Shown: positions 41,070-50,913 of the stretch, piece by piece
How positions within the stretch are numbered: the first letter of the stretch is position 1
Layout: the number at the start of each line of letters is the position of its first letter
Source of the DNA: Vulcanimicrobiota bacterium
GTDB lineage: Bacteria > Vulcanimicrobiota > Vulcanimicrobiia > Vulcanimicrobiales > Vulcanimicrobiaceae
Assembly (NCBI GenBank): GCA_963733295.1
Contig: CAVTCS010000003.1
Coordinates: 2,816,001-2,880,000, forward strand
Direction of reading: 5' to 3'
DNA: 64,000 nt
Program-made: the position numbers and the translations under genes
Notes under the pieces: generated by a model
Database searches by the model: none
What the model was told of the DNA's origin: nothing
The model's input: the letters and a program-made list of their open reading frames with translations, nothing else

Positions 41070-42323
41070 TTGGATAGAAAACGGGTCGCGGTGACCGGTC
41101 TCGGGGCGGTGACGCCGCTGGGCGTCACGCGCGAGGAGTTCTGGAACAACTTGATCGCGGGAAAGAGCGGCGTGGCTAAGGTCGCAGCCTTCGATGCCGT
41201 CGCGGCGGGGCTGCGCTGCCAGATCGCGGCGGAGGTCAAGAACTTCGATCCGGACGCCGTGATCGGTCGCCGTGACGCGCGGCGCATGGATCGCTTCGCC
41301 CAATTCTCGAACGTCGCGGCCGCCGAAGCGATCGAAGATGCGCAATTTCCCGACGACCCGGAGGTGCGGCGCGCGACCGGCGTCGTCGTCGCGAGTGGAA
41401 TCGGCGGCATCATCACGCTGCAGGACACGGTCACGAAAGCTCGCGCCCTCGGCAACGCGAGCCGTATCACCCCCTTCTTCATTCCGATGCTGATGGGCAA
41501 CGCCGGCCCGGCCCAGATCTCGATGAAGCATAACTTCCGCGGTCCGATGTACGCGGTCTCGAGTGCCTGCGCCAGTTCGAACGATGCGCTCGGCATCGCC
41601 TACGACTTGGTCGCGCGCGGCGACGCGCTCGCGATGGTCACGGGCGGTTCGGAAGCGACCATCACCGACGTCGCGATGGGCGGCTTCGATTCGATGAAAG
41701 CGCTCTCGACGCGCAACGACGAACCCGAGCGCGCCAGCCGGCCCTTCGACCGCGAACGCGACGGTTTCGTCCTGGCCGAGGGTGGCGCGGTGCTGATCTT
41801 CGAGGAGATGGAGTTTGCCAAGAAGCGCGGCGCGCGCATCTACGCCGAGATGCTCGGCTACGGGCAGTCGGCCGACGCGTACGACCTAGTCGCGGTCGAC
41901 CCGACCGGCGCCGGCGTCGAGCTCGCCCTCGCGCGTCTGTTCGAAAGCACCGGACTTCGGCCCGCGGACATCGACTACATCAACGCGCACGGCACTTCGA
42001 CGCCGATCGGCGATCCCGCCGAATCGCAAGCGCTCGGGCGCATCTTCGGCGCCGGCGGTCACGCTTTCGCGGTCAGCTCGACCAAAAGCATGCACGGACA
42101 CGCGCTCGGCGCGGCCGGCGCGATCGAGGGCGTGGCCACCGTGCTCGCGCTCTCGCGCGGCATCCTTCCGCCGACGATCAACTACGACTTTCCCGATCCG
42201 GAATGCACGCTCGACTACGTCCCCAACGTCGCGCGCAAAGCGGAGCTCGCGGTCGCTCTTTCCAACTCGTTCGGTTTCGGCGGTCACAATAGCGTCGTCG
42301 CCTTCGGCAGATATCGAGATTAG
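41070..42323 (+). CDS. fabF: Beta-ketoacyl-ACP synthase II
   Basis: RVAVTGLG, SACASS, NAHGTST, GHALGAAG, SNSFGFGG. Confidence 0.95.
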   Translation: MDRKRVAVTGLGAVTPLGVTREEFWNNLIAGKSGVAKVAAFDAVAAGLRCQIAAEVKNFDPDAVIGRRDARRMDRFAQFSNVAAAEAIEDAQFPDDPEVRRATGVVVASGIGGIITLQDTVTKARALGNASRITPFFIPMLMGNAGPAQISMKHNFRGPMYAVSSACASSNDALGIAYDLVARGDALAMVTGGSEATITDVAMGGFDSMKALSTRNDEPERASRPFDRERDGFVLAEGGAVLIFEEMEFAKKRGARIYAEMLGYGQSADAYDLVAVDPTGAGVELALARLFESTGLRPADIDYINAHGTSTPIGDPAESQALGRIFGAGGHAFAVSSTKSMHGHALGAAGAIEGVATVLALSRGILPPTINYDFPDPECTLDYVPNVARKAELAVALSNSFGFGGHNSVVAFGRYRD

Positions 42324-42346
42324 TGTGCGCGAGTCGCGCGGTCCCA

Positions 42347-43126
42347 ATGGCCGGTGAATCGCGTCGGCAGCGCCTGCGCGCGCTGGTCGCGCGTATCGGC
42401 GCGCACGTCGACCTCAAACGGCTCGAAGCCGCGTTCGTGCACGAAAGCGCGGTCCGCGAAAAGTTGGCGGAGCGTTCGAACGAGCGGCTCGAGTTCTTGG
42501 GCGACGCGATTCTCGGTATGGTCGTGGCCCGCGGCTTGTACGACCGGTATCCGAACGCGAGCGAGGGCGAACTCACGCTGCGCAAGGCCGCGCTCGTGAA
42601 CGACGAAGCGCTCGCGACGAGCGCCGAGCGGCTCGGGCTCGAAGCGTTGCTGATGTTGGGCGCGGGTCTCGCCAACGCCCCGAGCGCGCGACGCCGCTCC
42701 ACTCTGGCCAACGCCTTCGAAGCGCTCGTGGCGGTCGTGTACCGCGAAGCGGGACTCGAAGCCGTCGCGCAGTTCGTCGAGCGCGAACACGTCGCCGAAC
42801 TCGAACGCGCCGCGCGCAGCATCGAAGACCCCAAGACGATCTTGCAGGAATGGACGCAGAAGCGCTACACCGTCGTGCCGACGTACGTCGAACGGGCTGA
42901 AGGACCGGCGCACGAGCGGACGTTCTTCAGCCAAGTGGCAGTGCTCGACGAGATCCTGGCGGCCGGCAGCGGCCCCACGAAGAAAGCCGCACAGCGCGCG
43001 GCTGCCGAGAGCGCTCTCGACGTTCTGCGCGAGCGCTACGGCGACATCGCCGCGCGGGAATTTTCGGCCCCCGTTCGAGTCAAGCGTTCGCGCGTGCGCG
43101 GCACCCGCAAGCGAGTGCGCGCATGA
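42347..43126 (+). CDS. rnc: Ribonuclease III
   Basis: NERLEFLGDA; dsRBD (DPKT.LQE, GPAH, KKAAQ). Confidence 0.95.
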   Translation: MAGESRRQRLRALVARIGAHVDLKRLEAAFVHESAVREKLAERSNERLEFLGDAILGMVVARGLYDRYPNASEGELTLRKAALVNDEALATSAERLGLEALLMLGAGLANAPSARRRSTLANAFEALVAVVYREAGLEAVAQFVEREHVAELERAARSIEDPKTILQEWTQKRYTVVPTYVERAEGPAHERTFFSQVAVLDEILAAGSGPTKKAAQRAAAESALDVLRERYGDIAAREFSAPVRVKRSRVRGTRKRVRA

Positions 43127-46100
43127 GGTTGACCGGGTTGCGCATGTTCGGCTTCAAGACGTTCGCCGAGCAAACGGCGCTGACGTTCGAGCCTGGAATC
43201 AGCGCGCTGGTCGGACCGAACGGTTCGGGCAAATCGAATCTCGTCGACGCGATCCGTTGGGTCCTCGGCGAGCAGAGCCCCAAATCTTTGCGCACCGGCA
43301 AAACCGAAGACGTCATCTTCGCGGGCAACGAGCGGCGCAAACCGCTCGGGATGGCCGAGGTCGTGCTGACCTTCGACAATGCGGACGGCACGCTGGAAAT
43401 CGACGCCGGCGAAGTGCAAATCACCCGCCGCGCGTATCGCGCCGGCGAGAGCGAGTTCTTCATCAACCGCGAGCACGTCCGCTTGCGCGACATCATCGAA
43501 CTGTTCATGGGCACCGGCCTCGGACCGGACTCCTACTCGATCGTCTCGCAAGGTCAAGTCGACGCGATCCTCTCGTCCAAACCGACCGAGCGGCGCAGCC
43601 TCTTCGAAGAGACGGCCGGCATCGCGAAGTTCTTGGCGCGCAAAGCCGAGTCGCTGCGCCGCCTCGAGCAGACCGAACAAAACGGGATTCGCTTGAACGA
43701 TCTTCTGACCGAGATCGGGGCGCGCATCCCGGAGCTGGAGACGCAAGCGCGGCGCGCGCGACGCTACCGGCGCGCTTCGCTGCGCGTGCGCGACCTCGAA
43801 ATCCTGTCGTACCTGCGCGCCGGCGCATCGCGGCGCAGCGAGCGCGAGCGGCTCGTGTCGGATCTCGAGCGGCTGGAAGCGGAGCGGGCCGGGGCCGCGG
43901 CACGCGCCGCCGCCGTCGAAGCCGAACTCGCCGCGCTGCGCACGCAACTCTACCAGCGCGAACGCACGCTCGAAGCGCTGCGGGCGCAGTCCACCCAAGC
44001 GCGCAGCGAGCTGGCCGAACGCGAGGCGCAGCACGCCGCGCTCGGCGCGCGCCGCGAAGCACTCGAGGCGCAGTCGTCGCAGATCACCGACGACCGGGAG
44101 CGGGCCGAGGCGGAGCGTTCCGCGCTACGCGCCACGACCGTTCGGCTCGAAGCCGAGCTGTCGCCGCTGAACGACCGGCTCGAAGCGCAGCGCGGCCGCG
44201 AAGCGGAAGCGCAGGAAGCCCTCGCCTCGGCTCGCGTCGGACTCGACAGCATCTTCAGCGCGTTGCGCGAAGTCGAGGCGAGTGCCGCGAGTGCGGCGGC
44301 AAGCGATGCCGAGCGGCGCGCGCAGATGCAAGCGACGCAAGCCGAGTACGAGCGTCTCGAGCGCGAGTCGTTCGCCCTGCGCGAAGAGGCGCGAGTCAAG
44401 AGCGAGCTCGTTGCGACGCACGTCTACGCGCAAGAGCGCGCGCAAAAGGAGCGCGCCGATTTCGACGGACGCTTCGCTGCGGCGCAGAAGGCGACGGCGC
44501 AGGCCGACGCACGAGTCGCCGCCGTCGCGCAAACGCTGGCCGACGCGCAGGCCGCCTATCGCGCGGCGACCCACGAACTCGCCGGCGCGGAAGCCCGCTT
44601 GCACACGATCGAAGAACTCGAAGCCGCACTCGAGGGTCACATTCCGGGGACGCGAGCGATCCTCGAAGCGAACGCGCGCGGCGAGTTCTCGGGCGTTCAC
44701 GGCGTCATCTCGAACTTGATCCGGGTCGAGGAAAAGTTTGCGCGCGCGCTCGACGTCGCGTTCGGCGCGGCGCTTTCGAACATCGTAACGGAGACCGCCG
44801 AAGACGCCGAGCGCGCGATCGGCTATCTTTCCGAAGGCCGTTTGGGCCGCGCCACCTTTCTGCCGCTCGACACTCTGGGCTCGCGTTCGGGGCGCGAGCG
44901 CTCCGCGGCGCCCGACGTTCCGGGCGTTTTCGGCTGGGCCCACAATCTGGTCGAGACGCAACCGCTGTATGCCGGGATCGTCGCCTTCCTCGTCGGGCGC
45001 ATCCTCGTGGTAGACACCCTCGACACCGGAATCGAGCTCGTGCGCGGCCGCGGCTTTGCCGATACGATCGTGACGCTCGAGGGCGAAGAAATTCGCGGCG
45101 GCGGCGCCTTGACCGGCGGTCGCTATCAGCGCGAACGTTCGATCCTTTCGCGACGCGCGCAGGCGCGCGCGCTATCGCAGTTGATTCCGTCGTTGCGCGA
45201 GAGCCTGGCGCAAACGCAAGCCGCGGCGGAGCGTGCCGCAGCCGAAAGCAGCGAGGCGACGCGCGAGCGCGACGAAACGCATCGCATCGAAGCGGAACTC
45301 GGCTTGGCCCGGCGCGACGCGGTCTCTCGCTTCGAGGTCGGTGCCGCCGAACGCGCTCGTCTCGACGCCGAAATCGCTTCGATGCTGGGGCGCTCCGAAG
45401 AGCGTTCCGCCGAGACGGCCGAAGCGCGGCGGAAACTGGAGGTGCTCGAACGGCCCGCGGTCGATCCCTCGGCAACGCTTGCCGAGCGCGAACGCCTCGA
45501 GGCGGCGCTCGCCGACGCGCGCGAGCGAATCGCAGCGGCGCAGAGCGGTGAACGCGCGATTGCCTCGGAGATCGCGGCCGTGCGCGAAGCGGTCGCGGCG
45601 CTCTCCGCGCAACGCGAAGGAGCTCTGGCGCGCCTGGGCTTGCTCGACGCGGACGGCGTGCGCGCCGCCGCGGCGCGCACCGCCATGACCGGAGAACTCG
45701 GCTCGCTGGCGGAGCGCCTCGCGGCGCTCGGCGAGGTGCTCGGCGTCGATCGCAGCCGCATCGCGCAACTCGACGCGCAGCAGGACGCGGCGCGCCGCGA
45801 GCGCGAGGCGCTCGAAGCGCGCGCGAACGGACTCGATTCGGATCTGCGGCTCGCGCAGAACGCCGAGCGCGAGGCGGCCCAGAACAGCGAAGGCGGCCGC
45901 TTACGGCTGGCCGAGATCGACGCCGAACTCGGTATGCTGGCCGCGCAGTTCGCGCAGAACCCGGCAACGGCCGAAGAGTGTGCCGACGTCGAAACGCGCT
46001 ACGCGAACGAACCGAACGATCCCGCGCCCGAAATCACGCGGCTGCGCGAAGAGCTCGCGCGGTTACACAACGTCAACCTCAACGCCGAAGTGGAAATTGC

Positions 46101-46698
46101 CGAGCTGACCGAGCGAGACTCGTTTCTGCGTGCTCAGCTCGCCGATCTCGCCAGTGCGCGCGACACGCTGCTCGCCTCGATCCGCGAAATCGAAGCCTCC
46201 TCGCAGGTGCAGTTCAACGAGACGTTCGCGGCGGTCAAGATCGCTTTCGAGAACGTCTACAGCCGGCTTTTCCCAGGCGGCGAAGCCAAGATGTGGCAGA
46301 CGAATCCGGAGCAGCTCTCGGAGACGGGCATCGAGATCTCGGTGCAACCGCCCGGCAAGAAGATGATGCCCTTGACCGCGCTCTCCGGCGGAGAACGCGC
46401 GATGGCCGCTTCGGCGCTCATCTTCGCGCTGATCGAAGTCCGGCCGTCGCCGTTCTATCTGCTCGACGAGGTCGACGCGGCGCTCGACGACGCAAACATC
46501 GATCGGTTCTCGGTCGTCGTGCGCGAACTCGCCACGCGCGCGCAGCTGCTGCTCGTTACGCACAACAAGAAGACGATGGAGCTCGCCGGGCGCATGTACG
46601 GCGTGACGATGGCGGAGCCGGGGATTTCGAGCATCATCGCCGCCGATCTCGTGGCGCTCGAAAGCGAAACGTCCAAAGAGGCGGCGCTTGCCGGCTGA
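43123..46698 (+). CDS. smc: Chromosome segregation protein SMC
   Basis: GPNGSGKSN, hinge GRATFLPL, LSGGE, LDEVDAALD. Confidence 0.97.
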   Translation: MRLTGLRMFGFKTFAEQTALTFEPGISALVGPNGSGKSNLVDAIRWVLGEQSPKSLRTGKTEDVIFAGNERRKPLGMAEVVLTFDNADGTLEIDAGEVQITRRAYRAGESEFFINREHVRLRDIIELFMGTGLGPDSYSIVSQGQVDAILSSKPTERRSLFEETAGIAKFLARKAESLRRLEQTEQNGIRLNDLLTEIGARIPELETQARRARRYRRASLRVRDLEILSYLRAGASRRSERERLVSDLERLEAERAGAAARAAAVEAELAALRTQLYQRERTLEALRAQSTQARSELAEREAQHAALGARREALEAQSSQITDDRERAEAERSALRATTVRLEAELSPLNDRLEAQRGREAEAQEALASARVGLDSIFSALREVEASAASAAASDAERRAQMQATQAEYERLERESFALREEARVKSELVATHVYAQERAQKERADFDGRFAAAQKATAQADARVAAVAQTLADAQAAYRAATHELAGAEARLHTIEELEAALEGHIPGTRAILEANARGEFSGVHGVISNLIRVEEKFARALDVAFGAALSNIVTETAEDAERAIGYLSEGRLGRATFLPLDTLGSRSGRERSAAPDVPGVFGWAHNLVETQPLYAGIVAFLVGRILVVDTLDTGIELVRGRGFADTIVTLEGEEIRGGGALTGGRYQRERSILSRRAQARALSQLIPSLRESLAQTQAAAERAAAESSEATRERDETHRIEAELGLARRDAVSRFEVGAAERARLDAEIASMLGRSEERSAETAEARRKLEVLERPAVDPSATLAERERLEAALADARERIAAAQSGERAIASEIAAVREAVAALSAQREGALARLGLLDADGVRAAAARTAMTGELGSLAERLAALGEVLGVDRSRIAQLDAQQDAARREREALEARANGLDSDLRLAQNAEREAAQNSEGGRLRLAEIDAELGMLAAQFAQNPATAEECADVETRYANEPNDPAPEITRLREELARLHNVNLNAEVEIAELTERDSFLRAQLADLASARDTLLASIREIEASSQVQFNETFAAVKIAFENVYSRLFPGGEAKMWQTNPEQLSETGIEISVQPPGKKMMPLTALSGGERAMAASALIFALIEVRPSPFYLLDEVDAALDDANIDRFSVVVRELATRAQLLLVTHNKKTMELAGRMYGVTMAEPGISSIIAADLVALESETSKEAALAG

Positions 46699-48250
46699 GC
46701 TCCGCGAGGCGGCGCTCATTTCGGTCTACGACCGGACCGGGATCGCCCTTCTCGCTCGCACGCTCGAAGCACGCGGCGTTGAGATCTTCGCGACGGGCGG
46801 CACCCGCGCGCATCTGGCGCAGCATGGAATCGCGGCGCGCGACGTCGGCGAGCTGACCGGCTTTCCCGAACTGTTCGGCGGCCGCGTGAAGACGCTGCAC
46901 CCCAGCGTCTTCGGCGGAATCCTCTTCGACCGTTCGAGCGCCGCGCACGAGCGCGAGCGCCTCGAGCACGGCATTCCGAGGCTCGGCACCGTCGTCGTGA
47001 ATCTCTACCCCTTCGAAACGACGGTCGCGCGCGAGGGCGCGACGCTGGAAGAGGCAGTCGAGCAGATCGACATCGGCGGCGTCGCCTTGGTTCGCGCGGC
47101 GGCGAAAAATTTCGCGCACGTGACCGTCCTGGTGGCTCCCGAGCAGTACGCGCAAGTCGTCGCGGCCGGAGGCGAACCGGATCTGCAAACGCGCCGGCGC
47201 TTCGCGACGCGGGCCTTCGAGCGGACCGCGGAATACGACTCTTCGATCGCCCGCTATCTCGAGGCGGGTTTGCTCGCGACCGAGCTTCCCGGTTCGCTCG
47301 CCCTGACGCTACCGCTCGCCTCGCCGCTGCGCTACGGCGAGAACCCGCAGTCGCGCGCAGCCTTCTACCTGTCGCGGACCGAGCATCTTCCCGAACAGCT
47401 GGGCGGCAAAGCGCTCTCCTACAATAACTTGCTCGACCTCGACGCCACGCTGCGGCTGCTCGTCCGCGCGCCGGTGCCGCCCGAGTTCGCCCGCCCCGCA
47501 TTACCTGCGGTGCGCGCCGCGATCGTCAAACACACCGTTCCGTGCGGGGTCGCCGAACGTCCCGCGGCGCTCGACGCGACGCGCCTTGCGCTCGACGCCG
47601 ACGCGATCTCGGCGTACGGCGGAATCATCGCAGTCGACGGTACGGTCGACGACGCGACGGCGAACGCGCTGGCCGAATTCTTCCTCGAGATCGTGGCCGC
47701 ACCGGCTTTCGACGACGCCGCCCTCGAGCGGCTACGCACGAAAAAGAACCTGCGCATCATCCGCTACGACACCCGTTTGCCCGAGCGGCTCGCGCAGGAG
47801 GTTCGCGTTCGAAGCGCGCTTGGCGGAGTGCTCGCCGAGGACGACGATCCCGAAGCACCGGCCGAGCGTTGGCGCGTCGTCTCGAAGCGCGCTCCGAGCG
47901 AGGCCGAGTGGCGCGATCTGCGCTTCGCGTGGGACGTCGTACGTCACGTGAAGAGCAACGGCGTGGTGGTCGTGCGCGACACCGTCACGCGTGGCATCTG
48001 CGCCGGCCAGACGAACCGGGTCAGCGCGGTGCGCATCGCGGGCGCGCGCGCCGGCGACTACGCGCGCGGTTCGAGCTGCGCCAGCGACGGGTTCTTTCCG
48101 TTCGCCGACGGACTCGAAGCGGCAGCCGAAGCAGGCTGCAGCGCGATCATCGCGCCGAGCGGTTCGATTCGCGACGCGGAGGTGATTGCCGCGGGCGATC
48201 GGCGCGGCATCGCCCTGGTCTTTTCGACGCACCGCTACTTCCTGCACTAA
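46688..48250 (+). CDS. purH: AICAR transformylase/IMP cyclohydrolase
   Basis: GRVKTLHP, IDIGG, LRYGENP, SDGFFPF. Confidence 0.95.
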   Translation: MPAELREAALISVYDRTGIALLARTLEARGVEIFATGGTRAHLAQHGIAARDVGELTGFPELFGGRVKTLHPSVFGGILFDRSSAAHERERLEHGIPRLGTVVVNLYPFETTVAREGATLEEAVEQIDIGGVALVRAAAKNFAHVTVLVAPEQYAQVVAAGGEPDLQTRRRFATRAFERTAEYDSSIARYLEAGLLATELPGSLALTLPLASPLRYGENPQSRAAFYLSRTEHLPEQLGGKALSYNNLLDLDATLRLLVRAPVPPEFARPALPAVRAAIVKHTVPCGVAERPAALDATRLALDADAISAYGGIIAVDGTVDDATANALAEFFLEIVAAPAFDDAALERLRTKKNLRIIRYDTRLPERLAQEVRVRSALGGVLAEDDDPEAPAERWRVVSKRAPSEAEWRDLRFAWDVVRHVKSNGVVVVRDTVTRGICAGQTNRVSAVRIAGARAGDYARGSSCASDGFFPFADGLEAAAEAGCSAIIAPSGSIRDAEVIAAGDRRGIALVFSTHRYFLH

Positions 48251-48252
48251 GC

Positions 48253-49158
48253 GTGTTTGCGGATAGACGCACTCTCGGCGCCGTGCTCGCGGTCCTCGCC
48301 GGAGTCGCCTGGGGTACGCTGGCGCCGACGGTGAAGGCGATCTTGATCTCGAGTCCGCTGTTCGGTGCGTTCACGCTCTCGCTCGCTCGCGGGCTCTGGG
48401 CGCTACCTTTTCTGGCGCTCGTAGCGGTCGTGTCGCGGCCGCGCTCGACGCCGTTCCGCCGGGTCGACGTCCTGAGTTTCATTGCCGTGGCGCTGCTTGC
48501 GGCATTCGGCTTGAACTTGCTCTTTCAGGTTGCGATCGCCAAGACGAGCGCCGCGCACGCGGTGCTTTTCCAGGGACTCTCGCCCCTGGCACTCGCCGCA
48601 CTCGAAGCGATCGCGTTCCGGCGGCCGCTCGACCGGCAACGGACCGTCGGCCTCGCGTTCGGAGCCGGCGGTATCGCGCTGCTCGCATTCGGCCGTTCGA
48701 GCGAAGGCGCATCGCTCGCCGGCGACGCCATCATGCTCGTCTGGCTCGCGATTTTCGCGGCCTACTCGCTGCTGATCCGCGCCCTCGCCGAGCGCTACTC
48801 ACCGTTTTTCGCGAGCGCTATGGGTTGGGGACTAGGTTTTCTCCTGCTCTGTCTTTCGGGCGCGCAACTCATTCCGGCAGTCGCGCGCGAGACGTTCGCG
48901 GTACCGCTCTACGCCGCCGGCATCATCGGCGTCCTGTCGCTCTTGACGGGGGTTTGCGCGCCCGCGCTCCATGCGATTTCGATGCGCATGACCAGCGTCG
49001 CGATCGTCACCGCCGCGAGCCAGTACGCCTCGATCGCGACGGGCGTAGCGCTCTCGCTCTTCGCGTTGCACGAAACCCTCGCACCGGCGGGAATCGCGGG
49101 CGCCGTCTTGCTGCTCGTCAGCTTGACGCTGACGGTCGTGCGCTTTCCCGCACCGTAA
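48253..49158 (+). CDS. DMT/EamA family transporter
   Basis: About 10 TM segments in two EamA-like repeats. Confidence 0.82.
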   Translation: MFADRRTLGAVLAVLAGVAWGTLAPTVKAILISSPLFGAFTLSLARGLWALPFLALVAVVSRPRSTPFRRVDVLSFIAVALLAAFGLNLLFQVAIAKTSAAHAVLFQGLSPLALAALEAIAFRRPLDRQRTVGLAFGAGGIALLAFGRSSEGASLAGDAIMLVWLAIFAAYSLLIRALAERYSPFFASAMGWGLGFLLLCLSGAQLIPAVARETFAVPLYAAGIIGVLSLLTGVCAPALHAISMRMTSVAIVTAASQYASIATGVALSLFALHETLAPAGIAGAVLLLVSLTLTVVRFPAP

Positions 49159-49666
49159 CGACCTCCCACTCGGCGCGCTCGATCGCGTACAAGTAGATCG
49201 GCATGTCGCGAAAGGTCGTCTGCCGTTCGCGGTGCATCCCGTTGCGCTCGGCGACGGCCATCGAATTTAAATTCTCTATCCAGATCAACGACGTGACGCG
49301 CTGCACGCCGAACTCGCGAAAGGCTCGGTCGCGCCAGAAGCGCGCGGCTTCGGTGGCGTAGCCGTTACCGCGAGCGCGATCGCGTAGCAGATACGCTACT
49401 TCGAGATCGGTGACGCCGTCGACGGTTTGTTCGAGCAAACCGCACAATCCGACGAAAAAACCGTCGTCCGTATTCAAGGCGTGCATGCCGGGAATGCCGC
49501 GAGCGCGCAACGCGGCGTCGTACTCGATCCAGCCGAGGACGCGGTCGTCTCGATCGCGTCCTTCGCCGTACACCGCGCGAACGCCAGGATCGCCCATCGT
49601 CGCTTTCAAGTCGGCGAAATGCTCGTGGCCGAGCGGCGTCAGCGTGAGGCGAGCGGTTCTTAGCAT
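49118..49666 (-). CDS. RimJ/RimL-type GNAT acetyltransferase
   Basis: TARLTL, EVAY...RGNGYATEAA, NLNSMAVAERNG. Confidence 0.85.
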   Translation of the reverse strand: MLRTARLTLTPLGHEHFADLKATMGDPGVRAVYGEGRDRDDRVLGWIEYDAALRARGIPGMHALNTDDGFFVGLCGLLEQTVDGVTDLEVAYLLRDRARGNGYATEAARFWRDRAFREFGVQRVTSLIWIENLNSMAVAERNGMHRERQTTFRDMPIYLYAIERAEWEVVTVRESARPSASS

Positions 49667-49817
49667 CAAATGGTCACGATCCGGAGCGGGCCTCCTGAGC
49701 GGAGGGCCCAAGCCGGGGGTTCGTCACTTGCGACCTTGCGCACCCTCGGGCGGCGGGTGGAGGAGGCAAGCGTGGCTAACGAGGCCGAGCGAGCTCGCGT
49801 TCCACGGAGTTTAAAGC

Positions 49818-50777
49818 GTGAAGATTTTTTCTTGTTTCATCCGCATCCTCGCCGCGCTGACGGCGAGCGCCGTTCTCTGCGTGGGGGTCGCGCCCCGAAG
49901 TGCGGCTCGCGCGGCGGGCGGACCGTCGGTAGCGGTCATCGACTTCTCCACGCGTGGCTTGACCGGTGACTGGTGGGGGAACTTCCAGCCCGGCGTCGCC
50001 ATTTCGGATTTACTCACCGACCAGCTCGTGAACGGCGGCAAGTTCACCGTCGTCGATCGCTCGCATCTCGACAGCGTGCTGAGCGAGCACAAGCTCGCGA
50101 GCGAGGGCGAGGTTTCGCCGGCTTCGGCGGTCCAAGCCGGCCGGCTCCTCGGCGCCAAATACTTGATCACCGGCAACGTCTTGCAGTTCGACAAGACCGG
50201 TCAGAGCGGCGCTGCGGTGGGCAGTTACATCGGCGGACCCTTCGGCGGCGCGGCCAGCAGCGTCAACCAGTCGCGAGTGACGCTGAAGATTGCAGTCCGC
50301 GTGATCGACGCGACGACCGGACAGATCCTCCAATCGTTCGCCGACGAGCAGACCAAGACGAACACGTCGATCGGATTCGGCGGATTCGGCGGCTACACCG
50401 CGGGCTCGTACTCGAACTCGAACTTCGTCAACTCGACGATGGGACACCTGATCAACGATGAGGCCTCGCGCATCGCCGCGCAACTCGATCCCTCGAAGTT
50501 CTCGAGCGCACCGGCCGCTCCGGCGCTTACCGGTCGCGTCCTCGAGGTCTCGGGAACGACCGTCACGCTCAATATCGGTTCTACGAAAGGCGTGACCGTC
50601 GGCCAGTACTTCGACGTGATCCAGATCCATCAGATCAAGGACCCGGACTCCGGAAAGATGCTGACCTCGACGATTCCGATCGGCAAGATCCAGATCACCT
50701 CCGTTTCGCCCGACACCTCCGTGGGCAAACGCGTCTCCGGAACGGCTGCCGCCCTCGATCACGTCCAGTCCGAATAA
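49818..50777 (+). CDS. CsgG/HfaB-family exported protein with C-terminal beta domain
   Basis: Signal peptide; VAVIDF, FTVVDR, GAKYLITG, IDATTGQI; C-terminal LNIGS..GV.VG. Confidence 0.8.
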   Translation: MKIFSCFIRILAALTASAVLCVGVAPRSAARAAGGPSVAVIDFSTRGLTGDWWGNFQPGVAISDLLTDQLVNGGKFTVVDRSHLDSVLSEHKLASEGEVSPASAVQAGRLLGAKYLITGNVLQFDKTGQSGAAVGSYIGGPFGGAASSVNQSRVTLKIAVRVIDATTGQILQSFADEQTKTNTSIGFGGFGGYTAGSYSNSNFVNSTMGHLINDEASRIAAQLDPSKFSSAPAAPALTGRVLEVSGTTVTLNIGSTKGVTVGQYFDVIQIHQIKDPDSGKMLTSTIPIGKIQITSVSPDTSVGKRVSGTAAALDHVQSE

Positions 50778-50913
50778 CCGCGCGAGCCGGCGTGCGGCAC
50801 GCGCACTCCTATTCCTGAGCGCCGCCCTTTGCACGGGGCAGGCCGTCTCGACGCCGGCTCCAGCGAGCCCCGCGGCTGCGCCGTTCGAGGTTGCCAAGTG
50901 GCGCGAGGACTTC

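Noticed and set aside
42700..42730. RNase III ANAFEA (Asn for Asp) as an inactive enzyme
   Set aside because: Main signature and downstream Glu are intact; this substitution occurs in other RNase III proteins
49671..49760. tRNA, SRP or ZTP riboswitch (minus strand ends in ACCA; near purH)
   Set aside because: No T-loop or cloverleaf, no SRP GGAA domain, no ZTP consensus, and wrong side of purH
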